This document shows, in pieces, positions 12,896 through 24,724 of a stretch of 64,000 nt of DNA. The number at the start of each line of letters is the position of its first letter. Within the stretch, counting starts at the first letter, position 1. The notes under the pieces were generated by a model, which worked only from the letters and a program-made list of their open reading frames with translations, did not search any database and was not told the DNA's origin. Source of the stretch: Octopus sinensis (taxonomy: Eukaryota); assembly GCF_006345805.1 (NCBI RefSeq), contig NC_043003.1, positions 106,950,001 through 107,014,000 of the forward strand, given 5' to 3'. Both the position numbers and the translations under genes were made by a program.

Positions 12896-14022
12896 ATGGT
12901 TTTTGTACAGTTCCTATCTCACCAATTCCAACCACTAAGTACAAGTCAACTGATGACCATAGTGGAAGAGACTGGCCCCCAGGTACCACACAGCTGGACT
13001 GAACCAGGATCATGTTTAAAATAAACTTCTCACTTGCCCCAAACTTGCCTCTGCCCAGGATTGACCTGGTGTGAACACTAACAACAACAACAACAACAAC
13101 AACAACATCCTCTCATTGTATGTTTCATTACCACCACTTCACAACTCTTTGTATTAATTGAAATGTTAACTTAATTGCTTTTAATAGCTCTAAGTAGCTT
13201 TTAAGTATATCTACTTAGCTGAAATTTAATCCATTCATGACCAAATCTCTGATGAAATACATTATGGATTTCAAAGAATTCTCAAAAATAACCAAGAATT
13301 TGGAAAGATTTTGTAAAAAAAGATTTTGTCATTAGTAAACTAGTGTATAAGGCCGAATGACTAGCATGCTTAACATTGAGTTCAATCAGGGACAACTTTG
13401 CCATGCATCCTTTCTGGGCCAATAAAATAAGTACCCGCTGAACACTGAAGTCAATGTAACTGACTCCCCCCCACCCCCGAAATTGCTGGCCTAGTGCTAA
13501 AATTTGAAGCCATTATTAAACTGGTGTTTGGAATCTAATTCCACATCATCATCATTTAATGTCCGCTTTCCATGCTGGCATGGGTTGGATGGTTTGACTG
13601 AGGTCTGGCAAGCAAGGAGGCTGCACCAGGTTCCAATCTGATCTGGCAAGGTTTCTACAGCTGGATGCCCTTTTAATGTCAACCACTTCGAGAGTAGTGG
13701 GTGCTTTTTATGTGCCACCAGTATGAGGGCTAGTCAAGCATCACTGGAATCGACCACACTCAAATGGTGCTTTTTACGTGCCATCGGCATGGGAGCCAGT
13801 CAGGTGGCACTGGCAACAACCATACTCAAATGGTGCTTCTTATGTGCCACTAGCATGGGAGCCAGTCAGGTGGCACTGGCAATGACCATGCTTGAATAGT
13901 GTTTTTTACGTGCCACTGGTACAGGTGCCAACCCAGCCATATCTGACCCAATCAGTTGTCACTTTGAAAACTATATATTTCGAACAGGAATTTAACAGCA
14001 CCACCTCTAGCCGAACAATTAT

Positions 14023-14067
14023 TCTGTGCTGATGAAGGGAAATAACCCAGAAACTGCAATACACAGA
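14023..14067 (+). ncRNA. Minimal type-I hammerhead-ribozyme-like motif (Penelope-type)
   Basis: Stem I tctgtg/cacaga, core CTGATGA, stem II aGGG-aaataa-CCCa, GAAAC-tgca-aTA. Stem II has an A-A closing mismatch and stem III is imperfect. Confidence 0.55.
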
Positions 14068-14499
14068 TATTGTTTTGAGCTGAGTTGGGGTGCTAGATTC
14101 CCTTGTTCGGAAATATAAGGACACAGATCATGTCGTATAACCAGCTGGAGATGATGTCTCCCGGGGCTAAATTACAGCAACATTCGTCCTAAACCAGGAC
14201 TGCCATGTTATGTTGGCAAACAATCTTTACTAATAATTTATTTATTTATTCTTTTCCCTCAGAATTTTTATTCATCTTTGATTGCTCTTTCTTTTGTAGT
14301 TTCAACTTTCACCCCCACCTCTTTATTAAACTCCACTTCGTTTTTAACATTTATCATTTATCACAGAATTTTTTTCCTAAATCAAACTAAAAACTACAAT
14401 TAATCGTACACAAACATAAATATATTCATTTATTCATTTGGCTCTCATTGTGCTTTGTGGCACTTGAGACGGCAGCAAGATCATTCCACCTGCTAACAC

Positions 14500-14695
14500 T
14501 TGAAGCATCCTTGACAGCTTATTCCATTGTTAACCCTCAGCGTTTAAGATCTTTTGTCATTGTTCTCCACCACTTTTCCTTTGGTCGGCCATATCTTCTT
14601 TTACCAAATACTCAAACAATCCCATGAATGGCACTCATCTTTGTGCATACTGTTTGTTGACTTTGAAAAATCTTTCAATAGCTTTCACCGACCAA
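14500..14695 (+). mobile_element. Degenerate RTE-type reverse transcriptase fragment
   Basis: ILKQSHEWHSSLCILFVDFEKSFNSFHRP resembles the RT motif EQSxEWxSSLYxxFVDFEKAFDSVHR. Confidence 0.65.
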
Positions 14696-15032
14696 CATAC
14701 ATACATACATGCATACACACACATACATACATACACCCCCCAACACATACATACACACACATACACATATATACACCCCCAACACACACATACATACATA
14801 CATACACATACATACACCCCCAACACATACACACACACACATCCCAACACACACACACATACATACATACATACACACACATACACATACATACACCCCC
14901 AACACATACACATACATACACACCCCGACACACACACACATACATACACTCCCAATACACACATACATACACCCCCCAACACACACACACATACATACAC
15001 ATACATACACACACACACATACATACACATAC

Positions 15033-15063
<31 letters not shown>

Positions 15064-15402
15064 TACATACACACCCCAACACACACACACATACATACAC
15101 TCCCAATACACACATACATACACCCCCCAACACACACACACACATACATACACATACATACATACACATATATACACACACACACACATACATACATACA
15201 TACACACACATACATACACCCCCCAACACATACACATACATACATACACACGCATACACATACATACACACACACATACATACACTCCCAATACACACAT
15301 ACATACACCCCCCAACACACATACATACACCCCCCAACACACACACACATACATACACGCATACATACATACACACACACATACATACATACATACATAT
15401 TA

Positions 15403-15511
15403 ATTACTGGTGAAGGCTGCTTTATAGGGTTACCCCGGGTTTCTCGCCATAGAGGGTATCTTTATGGCGAGAACCTCAGGGTAACCCTATAAACCAGCCT
15501 TCACCAGTAAT
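15403..15511. repeat. 109-bp near-perfect palindrome (TA-flanked MITE-like hairpin), copy 1
   Basis: attactggtgaaggctgctttatagggttaccc...tctcgccata|gagggtatctt|tatggcgaga...gggtaaccctataaaccagccttcaccagtaat. Confidence 0.9.
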
Positions 15512-16006
15512 AAATATAGACTGCTCTACTTCTTACAGAGTGCAGCTTCTCCGAATTTATGTTTTTATAAAAAAACAAAAAAAAACAATATATATATTCC
15601 TTTACTTGTTTCAGTCATTTGATTGAGGTCATGCTGGAGCAGTGCCTTCAGTCGAACAAGTCAACCCCAGGACTTATTCTTTTAAGCCTAGTACTTATTC
15701 TATCAGTCTCTTTTGCTGAAGCACTAGGTTACGGGGATGTAAATGCACCAGCATCATTCGTCAAGCGATGGTAGGGGGGGGGGACAAACACAGATACACA
15801 CCCACAAATATACACATACATATTTACATATATATATATATACGATGAGCTTCTTTCAGTTTCCATCTACCAAATCCACTCACAAGGCTTTGATCTTTGG
15901 TCGGCCCGATGTTATAGAAGAAAACACTTGCCCAATGTGCCATGCAGTGGGACTGAACCCAGAACCATGTGGTTGGGAAGTAAGCTTCTTACTGCACACC
16001 CACACC

Positions 16007-16056
<50 letters not shown>

Positions 16057-16450
16057 AAAAAAATATATATGAAGGCGTATGCCCTTGTGGTTAGGGTATT
16101 GCACTCACAATCTAATGACCATGAGTTCAATTCCTTTACCAAGCAGTACATTGTGTTCTTGAGCAAAACACTTCATTTCATGTTGCTCCGGTCCAACTGG
16201 ATGCTCTGCTTGTCACCGATCCTTGCCTGTTTCTAAATAAGGAAATATTTCTCTATGGCTGGACATGTTTTCATGGAAGATCAAAAGTGGGATGAAATGC
16301 TTGTATGATGGTGAAGTCCATTTACAACCACCAAGCCAGGCCAAGACAAGGAGAAACACACACACACACACACACATGATGTGCTTATCTACCAATTCCA
16401 TTCTCAAGGACTCTCATTGAACACTGTAAGAAGTAGAGCAGTCTATATTT

Positions 16451-16559
16451 ATTACTGGTGAAGGCTGGTTTATAGGGTTACCCTGAGGTTCTCGCCATAA
16501 AGATACCCTCTATGGCGAGAAACCCAGGGTAACCCTATAAACCAGCCTTCACCAGTAAT
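16451..16559. repeat. 109-bp palindrome, copy 2 (inverted relative to copy 1)
   Basis: Loop and flanks are the reverse complement of copy 1. Confidence 0.9.
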
Positions 16560-16622
16560 TAATATGTGTGCATGTGTTTGTGTGTGTGTGTGTGTATGTA
16601 TGTATGTGTATGCATGTATGTA

Positions 16623-17186
16623 CACTACCGTCAGAAATTAATTAGCACCCTTGATTTGCTCACCATGAAGCATGGTGGGGGTGGTCTGATGGTCTGATGG
16701 TTCAGCTACAGTGGTGTTGGGCGGCTCTATGCCGTTGAAGGCAACATCAACGCAGCAAAGTACGTTGAGATAGTATGGGATACCTGTTTGGTGGCGAGGA
16801 GTACGTGCTGGCCAGTCACCTGACCTGAACCCTATTGAGAACCTCTGGAGTCGATTGGGTAGGGATTTGAATGTGCAGCAATACAGGAACCAACACGAGC
16901 TGTTTGGGGCACTTCTTGCTGCATGAGGGGCCATCCCTGCACAGTACCTGCAGGCACTCATAGACAGCATGCCGACCCGCGTAGCAGCTGTCATTGCTGC
17001 CAAAGGAGGAGCAACAAGATATTGACTAAATTTCACAATTAATAACAATTATGTGGTGTGCTGGGATATGTTTTAATAAATTTTTGATTAAAAACGAGTT
17101 CGTTTCTGATAATAAGTTAATTAAATTAAGAAAAGGTAAGAAAATGTAGAAATTTGAGAAGTGCTAATTAATTTCCGACGCAAGTG
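16623..17186 (+). mobile_element. Internally deleted Tc1-like DNA transposon
   Basis: TA-flanked TIRs cactaccgtcagaaattaattagcac / gtgctaattaatttccgacgcaagtg. Transposase remnants KHGGGG..MV, QSPDLNPIENLW and LIDSMPTRVAAVIAAKGGATRY. Confidence 0.9.
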
Positions 17187-17689
17187 TATGTATGTCGGTC
17201 GGTGAAAGCTATTGAAAGATTTTTCAAAGTCAACAAACACTTGCCCACGTGGTTGGGAAGAAAGTTTCTTGACCACACAACCAGGCCAAAAATGGTATGA
17301 AATGAACAATGAAAAAGAAGAAGAAAAGAAAAAAGAAATGAAAACAAAGGTAAAAATAAAAAACCTGAAGTGAATTTAATATTAAGCTGTGTGAGTTTTT
17401 ATAATCCAGTCTCACATCCAATGGACATTTCTAGAGGGAATAAATACTTTGTCTAACTCTTACCTGCCCTCATAACTGCAATGCTCATGTGGACCACCTC
17501 TCTTTTTATTGCCTATATGCTGCCCTCCCCCCACCATCCCATACCTGCCACACACCCTGTCACTAATTAAGGTAAAGAATTTGAAATGATCAATAACTGT
17601 CATCGAAGGACAATGATTATGGGAGAAGTGGGGTGGGGTGGGGGTTGTAGAGTAAATGTTATAGAGGGGGAGAGAGAGAGAGAGGGAGG

Positions 17690-18500
17690 GAGAAAGAGAT
17701 AGATAGACAGCTATATATAGAGAGAGAAGGAGAAAGAGATAGATAGATAGCTATATAGAGAGAAAGAGGAGAAAGAGATAGGTAGATAGCTATATATAGA
17801 GAGAGAGAGGAGAAAGAGATAGGTAGATAGCTATATATAGAGAGAGAGAGGAGAAAGAGATAGATAGACAGCTATATATATAGAGAGAAGGAGAAAGAGA
17901 TAGGTAGATAGCTATATATATAGAGAGAGAGAGGAGAAAGAGATAGGTAGATAGCTATATAGAGAGAGAGAGAGGAGAAAGAGATAGGTAGATAGCTATA
18001 TATAGAGAGAGAGAGGAGAAAGAGATAGGTAGATAGCTATATATAGAGAGAGAGAGGAGAAAGAGATAGATAGACAGCTATATATATAGAGAGAAGGAGA
18101 AAGAGATAGATAGATAGCTATATAGAGAGAAAGAGGAGAAAGAGATAGGTAGATAGCTATATATAGAGAGAAAGAGGAGAAAGAGATAGGTAGATAGCTA
18201 TATATAGAGAGAGAAGGAGAAAGAGATAGGTAGATAGCTATATATAGAGAGAGAGAGGAGAAAGAGATAGATAGACAGCTATATATATAGAGAGAGAGAG
18301 AGGAGAAAGAGATAGATAGATAGCTATATATAGAGAGAGGAGAAAGAGATAGGTAGATAGCTATATATATAGAGAGAGAGAGGAGAAAGAGATAGATAGA
18401 CAGCTATATATATAGAGAGAGAGAGGAGAAAGAGATAGGTAGCTATAAGGATAAATACATAGAAAGAGAGAGAGAGAGAGAGAGATACAGAGAAGTAGAT
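17690..18500. repeat. Purine-rich minisatellite (~38-42 bp; gaggagaaagagataggtagatagctatatataga)
   Basis: About 19 units differing mainly in (TA)n/(GA)n length. Confidence 0.92.
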
Positions 18501-18973
18501 AGAGAGAGGGAGGGTAAAAGAGAAAGATAGATAGCTGTATAGATGAGATGATGTTAACGATAATAGACCAGGTGAAGATTCCAGTAAAAATGGAAATACT
18601 GATCATTCACCTGTCAATGGCTGCTCTTACTGTTAACAACCAACTTGCGACAGACCCGGCTTCCAAGATACAAAACCAGCTTGATTAAGCTATTCATATT
18701 CAAATTGGAAAGTTGCTATTTTAATTTTATGGAAGAATTTTAAAAATTATACTCCAAGCACCAACCTATGTAAAAAGTTGCTTATCTTATTTCATATCAA
18801 AACACATAGTTGATTACAAAATTTTTCCCCTAATTTACTAAAATATGCATATATTGCATAAAAATATGGTACCAAGGTATGAATGTGTGGTTAAGAAGAT
18901 TACTTTGCAACGAAATGGATTTCACTTCAGTGCCATTCCAAGTATCTTCCGTTATAGCTCTAAGCCAACCGAA

Positions 18974-20292
18974 TACCTATTTCTCTACTACCCACAAGGG
19001 GCTAAACACAGAGAGGACAAACAAGGACAGACAAATGGATTTAGTCAATTACATCCACCCCAGTGCGTAACTGGTACTTAATTTATCGACCCCGAAAGGA
19101 TGAAAGGCAAAGTCGACCTCGGCGGAATTTGAACTCAGAACGTGATGGCAGACGAATTACCTATTTCTTTACTACGCACAAGGGGCTAAACACAGAGAAC
19201 AAACAAGGACAGACAAATGGATTAAGTTGATAATATCGACCCCAGTGCGTAACTGGTACTTAATTTATCGACCCCGAAAGGATGAAAGGCAAAGCCGACC
19301 TCGGCGGAATTTGAACTCAGAACGTGATGGCAGACGAATTACCTATTTCTTTACTACGCACAAGGGGCTAAACACAGAGAACAAACAAGGACAGACAAAT
19401 GGATTAAGTTGATAATATCGACCCCAGTGCGTAACTGGTACTTAATTTATCGACCCCGAAAGGATGAAAGGCAAAGCCGACCTCGGCGGAATTTGAACTC
19501 AGAACGTGATGGCAGACGAATTACCTATTTCTTTACTACGCACAAGGGGCTAAACACAGAGAACAAACAAGGACAGACAAATGGATTAAGTGATAATATC
19601 GACCCCAGTGCGTAACGGTACTTAATTTATCGACCCCGAAGGATGAAAGGCAAAGCCGACCTCGGCGGAATTTGAACTCAGAACGTGATGGCAGACGAAT
19701 TACCTATTTCTTTACTACGCACAAGGGGCTAAACACAGAGAACAAACAAGGACAGACAAATGGATTAAGTTGATAATATCGACCCCAGTGCGTACTGGTA
19801 CTTAATTTATCGACCCCGAAAGGATGAAAGGCAAAGCCGACCTCGGCGGAATTGAACTCAGAACGTGATGGCAGACGAATTACCTATTCTTTACTACGCA
19901 CAAGGGGCTAAACACAGAGAACAAACAAGGACAGACAAAGGATTAAGTGATAATATCGACCCCAGTGCGTAACTGGTACTTATTTATCGACCCCGAAAGG
20001 ATGAAAGGCAAAGCCGACCTCGGCGGAATTTGAACTCAGAACGTGATGGCAGACGAATTACCTATTTCTTTACTACGCACAAGGGGCTAAACACAGAGAA
20101 CAAACAAGGACAGACAAATGGATTAAGTTGATAATATCGACCCCAGTGCGTAACTGGTACTTAATTTATCGACCCCGAAAGGATGAAAGGCAAAGCCGAC
20201 CTCGGCGGAATTTGAACTCAGAACGTAGCGGCAGACGAAATACAGCTACGCATTTCGCCCGGCGTGCTAACAATTCTGCCAGCTCGCCATCT
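18974..20292 (-). mobile_element. Concatemeric SINE family B: one tRNA-like head plus 7 tandem ~182-bp bodies, within an 18-bp TSD
   Basis: Period 182. Direct repeat taagccaaccgaatacct at 18961-18978 and 20293-20310. The flanks are the two halves of a degenerate family-A SINE. Confidence 0.88.
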
Positions 20293-21444
20293 TAAGCCAA
20301 CCGAATACCTTGCAAGTGAATCTGATGGACAGAAACTCTGTGGAAGTCTGCCACATACATGCATATCATCATCATGGGTTGGACGGTTTGACAGGAGCTG
20401 GCCAAACTCCATCAGCCTTTGTTTTGGCATGGTTTCTACGGCTGGATGCTCTTCCTAATGCCAACCACTTTTTGCAGAGTATACTGGATGCTTTGTATGT
20501 GTTTTCTTATGTGGCATTGGCAAACATGCTTTCAACGTGGCACCAGTACAGGTGCTTTTTACATGTGTGCTTCTGTGTTCCCCCCACCCCATTGTTTGAT
20601 ATCTGGTGTTGGTTTGTTTACATCCCTGTAACTTAGTAGTTCAGTAAAAGACACTGATGGAATGAGTACCAAACTTTGAAAAAATTTGCTCCTACTAAAA
20701 TCCTTTAGGCCCCAGCATGGCCACAGTCCAATGACTGAAACAATCAATAGATAAAAGACAGCAGAGCTAAATTTAAGTTTTTATCTAAAATTCAACAGAA
20801 GAAATACTAAAATGGTTTCCGACATAACTTGCTGCTGTGATCACCATCATCATCATCATCATTGTTTAGCGTCCGTTTTCCATGCTAGCATGGGTTGGAC
20901 GGTTCTACTGGGGTCTGTGGAGCCAGAAGGCTTCATCAGCCCCAGTCAAATCTGGTAAGGTTTCTACGGCTGGATGCCCTTCCTAACGCCAACCACTCCG
21001 TGAGTGTAGTGGGTGCTTTTTACGTGCCACCCGCACAGGTGCCAGACAGAGCTGGCAAACGGCCACGAACGGATGGTGCTTTTTATGTGCCACCGGCACG
21101 AGGGCCAGGCGAGGCTGGCAACGGACACGAAACGGGGCGGTGCTGGCAACGGTCGCGAAACGGAAGGTTCTCTTACATGCCACCGGCACTGGTAACACAT
21201 CTGCAATTTCCATTGATCGATTTCCATTCTGATCCTCACTTGCCTCAACGGGTCTTCACAAGTAGAGTTTCGACATGCCACCGGCACTGGTAACACATCT
21301 GCAATTTCCATTGATCGATTTCGATTCTGATCCTCACTTGCCTCAACAGGTCTTCACAAGTAGAGTTTTGTGTCCCAAGAAGGGAAGGTATGCATGGTTT
21401 TGGAATAACACAGGTCACAGAACAGCAAACTAAATTCCTTTCAC

Positions 21445-21712
21445 AGTTCTATATTTAAGAGATGAGGAATTATTTACATTATTTACATTTGACAGATATT
21501 TGTCCTCATCTTGTTTGTTGTTAGCACAACGTTTCGGCTGATATACCCTCCAGCCTTCATCAGGTGTTTTGAGGAAATAACATCAAAAAATACCTTAGGA
21601 ATGAGAACCCAGGTTTGAAATTTCCCCCAAGACACCTGATGAAGGCTGGAGAATGTATCGGCCGAAACGTTGTGTTAACAACAAACAAGATGTCAAATGT
21701 AAATTATGTAAA
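21445..21712. mobile_element. Penelope-like pseudo-LTR fragments in inverted arrangement, each with a hammerhead-like motif
   Basis: acacCTGATGAaggctg...cagccGAAACgttgtg on the minus strand (21567-21524) and on the plus strand (21632-21675). Flanking direct repeat taaattcctttca. Degenerate third copy at about 25340-25505(-). Confidence 0.7.
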
Positions 21713-24272
21713 TTCCTTTCAGTCCTTCATTTCTGTCTCTAATTTGACTTAAATCCAGCAAAGGTCAACTTTTGATTTTCACCCCTCTGGGATTATTAAA
21801 ATAATTAGCCGGAATTAAATTGGTTCAATTAACAATTTTATTACCCATTTCTTGCTCTAACCAATTTATGGTTTCAATCCAAAGTAAGAAACTATTTTGT
21901 TTTGGCTCTTGTTTCAGTCATTTGACTGTGGCCATGCTGGGGCACTGCTTTCAAAGGTTTTAATCAACCTCAGTACTGCTACTCACAAAACTTTGATCAG
22001 ATTGGCCTATGGCATATGCCAAATGGTGCCATGTAGTGGGACTGAACCCAAAACCACACGGTTGCAAAATGAACCTTTTAACTGCCCAACCATGCTTTTT
22101 ATTCTTTTTATTTGTTTCACTCATTTGACTGTGGCCATGCAGGAGCACCACCTTCAGTCGAACAAATTGACCCCAGGACTTATTCTTTGTAAGCCTAGTA
22201 CTTACTCTATTGGTCTCTTTTGCTGAACCGCTAAGTTACGGGGGATGCAAACACCAACATCAGTTGTCAAGTGATGGTGGGGGGGACAAACACAGACAAA
22301 CATATATATATATACGACGGGCTTCTTTCAGTTTCTGTTTACCAAATCCACTCACAAGGCTTTGGTCGGCCCAAGGCTATAGTAGAAGACACTTGCCCAA
22401 GGTGCCATGCAGTTGGGATTGAACCTGGAACCATGTGGTTGGTAAGCAAGCTACTTTATTTCATTCAATTTGCCATCAAGGCATTACATAGAAGTAGTAG
22501 CTGCAGGCTGGACAATAACATTAATGAGATGAATGATGAAAAAAAAAATGGTATTAATGAGGGAAGGCAGAAGACGCTTGCCGATCTCTGCTTCTCTAAA
22601 ACATTGTTCTTTTGCAAAACATAGAATTTGGGGTAATAAACCTCTTACTAATGTTCCACTGGACACAAGGTCCTTACAATGAGGCACTAAGCCTCTTACC
22701 AAAAATAACACAATGTCCTTATAAATGAGACACTAGACCTCTTACATTTTCTCTAATGGGCCATATGCCTTTCAGTATGAGGCACTCAGCCTCTTAATTT
22801 TTACTATTTTCCACCCTGCCAGCACCTGAGCAGGGCGCCTTAATTGGAAGCAGAATACATTTTCTGGGAAGAAGTTTATTACCTTGAAAAGATCCGTGAC
22901 TGAGCTGACCTCCACAGCTACCTGCGGAGGCCATCCAGGATCTTTAATGTAAGTTAAGTCTCCTCCCCTGGCAAACTTTTTAGTAAACTTTCCCACTGCC
23001 TCTCCCCTGCAGAAGAAGACCAAAATTTCCTCCTCCACAACTTCCACCGTCGGTGGCACAATTCCCACCGACAGGGCTTCGGAACATGTCGGCAGTGTAT
23101 TAACTATCGGCACTGCCCTGTTTTCTTCTTTTTCCTCCCCTTTGCTACGGAGGTGGTGTAGTTCCTCCGCTTTAACTGTAACTGGTACTTATTTAATCGA
23201 CCCCGAAAGGCTGAAAGGCAAAGTCGACCTCGGTGGAATTTGAACTCACAACGTAGCAGCAGACGAAATACCTATTTCTTTACTACCCACAAGGGGCTAA
23301 GCACAGAGAGGACAAACAAGTGGATTAAGTCGATTATATCGACCCCAGTGCGTAACTGGTACCTATTTAATCGACCCCCGAAAGGATGAAAGGCAAAGAC
23401 GACCTCAGCGGAATTTGAACTCAGAACGTAATGGCAGACGAAACACGGCTAAGCATTTCGTCCGGCATGCTAACAATTCTGCCAGCTCGCCACTTTCCCT
23501 AAACTACATACCTCTCTCTCTACATGTGTGTGTGTGTCTTTGTGTTTACCATTGTCTGGACAATATGTGAAAAACATCTCTTGCCATGGCAAAATATTTA
23601 CCTGGATTGGTTATGAGCAGAGGTTGGCAACAGGAAGGGCATCTGTCCATAAAAAAAATATCTGCCTCAAGAACAGAAAAGGTGACGTTTGATAATGGAT
23701 AGAGAGTGGGGGAGAGGAGAGGGAAGGGAGAGAAATAGAGAGGGAGGGAGGGAGGGAAGGAGAGAGTGACTGTATTAACCCCCTCCCCTCAAATCATATA
23801 ATTCTAAAAGAAGTGGAAACAAAACCATCACTAATTACAACTAATGTGGCTTGATGTTTCCATTCTTCTCCATGAATGTTAATCGTTAGGTACACCCTGC
23901 ATGTATAAACCTACATTAAAAATGGGTGTTAATGTTATAGTAATATTAATTAACAGGAGAAATTGCTAAGAATTCCATAAATTGTTTCTGCTAAAGAAAG
24001 ATGATAATAAATCCTGAGGACAAAATGAGTGAGTCATCAGTCATCAGTCAAAGATGAATAAGCATTTTCAGTGCTTTAATTCCTTATGAATTTGGAATTA
24101 ATGGAACAGAACAATGTCAGAATTCTTAAGTCAGTTTCACAAACACACACACGCACACACACATGCCTGCTTGAGTTCGTATGCGTCTGTGTGTGTGTGT
24201 GTGTGTGTGTGTGTTTAAGCTTGCTAATTTCAATGTGAATATTTCAATCATGTAGGTTATGTATGTATATAT

Positions 24273-24444
24273 AGGTGCAGGAGTGGCTGTGTGGTAAGTA
24301 GCCTGCTAACCAACCACATGGTTCCGGGTTCAGTCCCACTGCGTGGCATCTTGGGCAAGTGTCTTCTGCTATAGCCCCGGGCCGACCAATGCCTTGTGAG
24401 TGGATTTGGTAGACGGAAACTGAAAGAAGCCTGTCGTATATATG

Positions 24445-24475
<31 letters not shown>

Positions 24476-24690
24476 GTTTGTGCGTCTGTTTGTCCCCCTA
24501 GCATTGCTTGACAACCGATGCTGGTGTGTTTACGTCTCCGTCACTTAGCGGTTCGGCAAAAGAGACCGATAGAATAAGTACTGGGCTTACAAAGAATACG
24601 TCCCGGGGTTGATTTGCTCGACTAAAGGCGGTGCTCCAGCATGGCCACAGTCAAATGACTGAAACAAGTAAAAGATAGTAAAAGAGTATA
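24273..24690 (+). mobile_element. SINE family A, full length
   Basis: Near-identical to 10480-10845. Other plus-strand copies at about 11135-11505, 41130-41540, 55145-55495, 62548-62935 and 63103-63490. Confidence 0.9.
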
Positions 24691-24724
24691 CATAAATATA
24701 TACACACACACACATATAGATATA

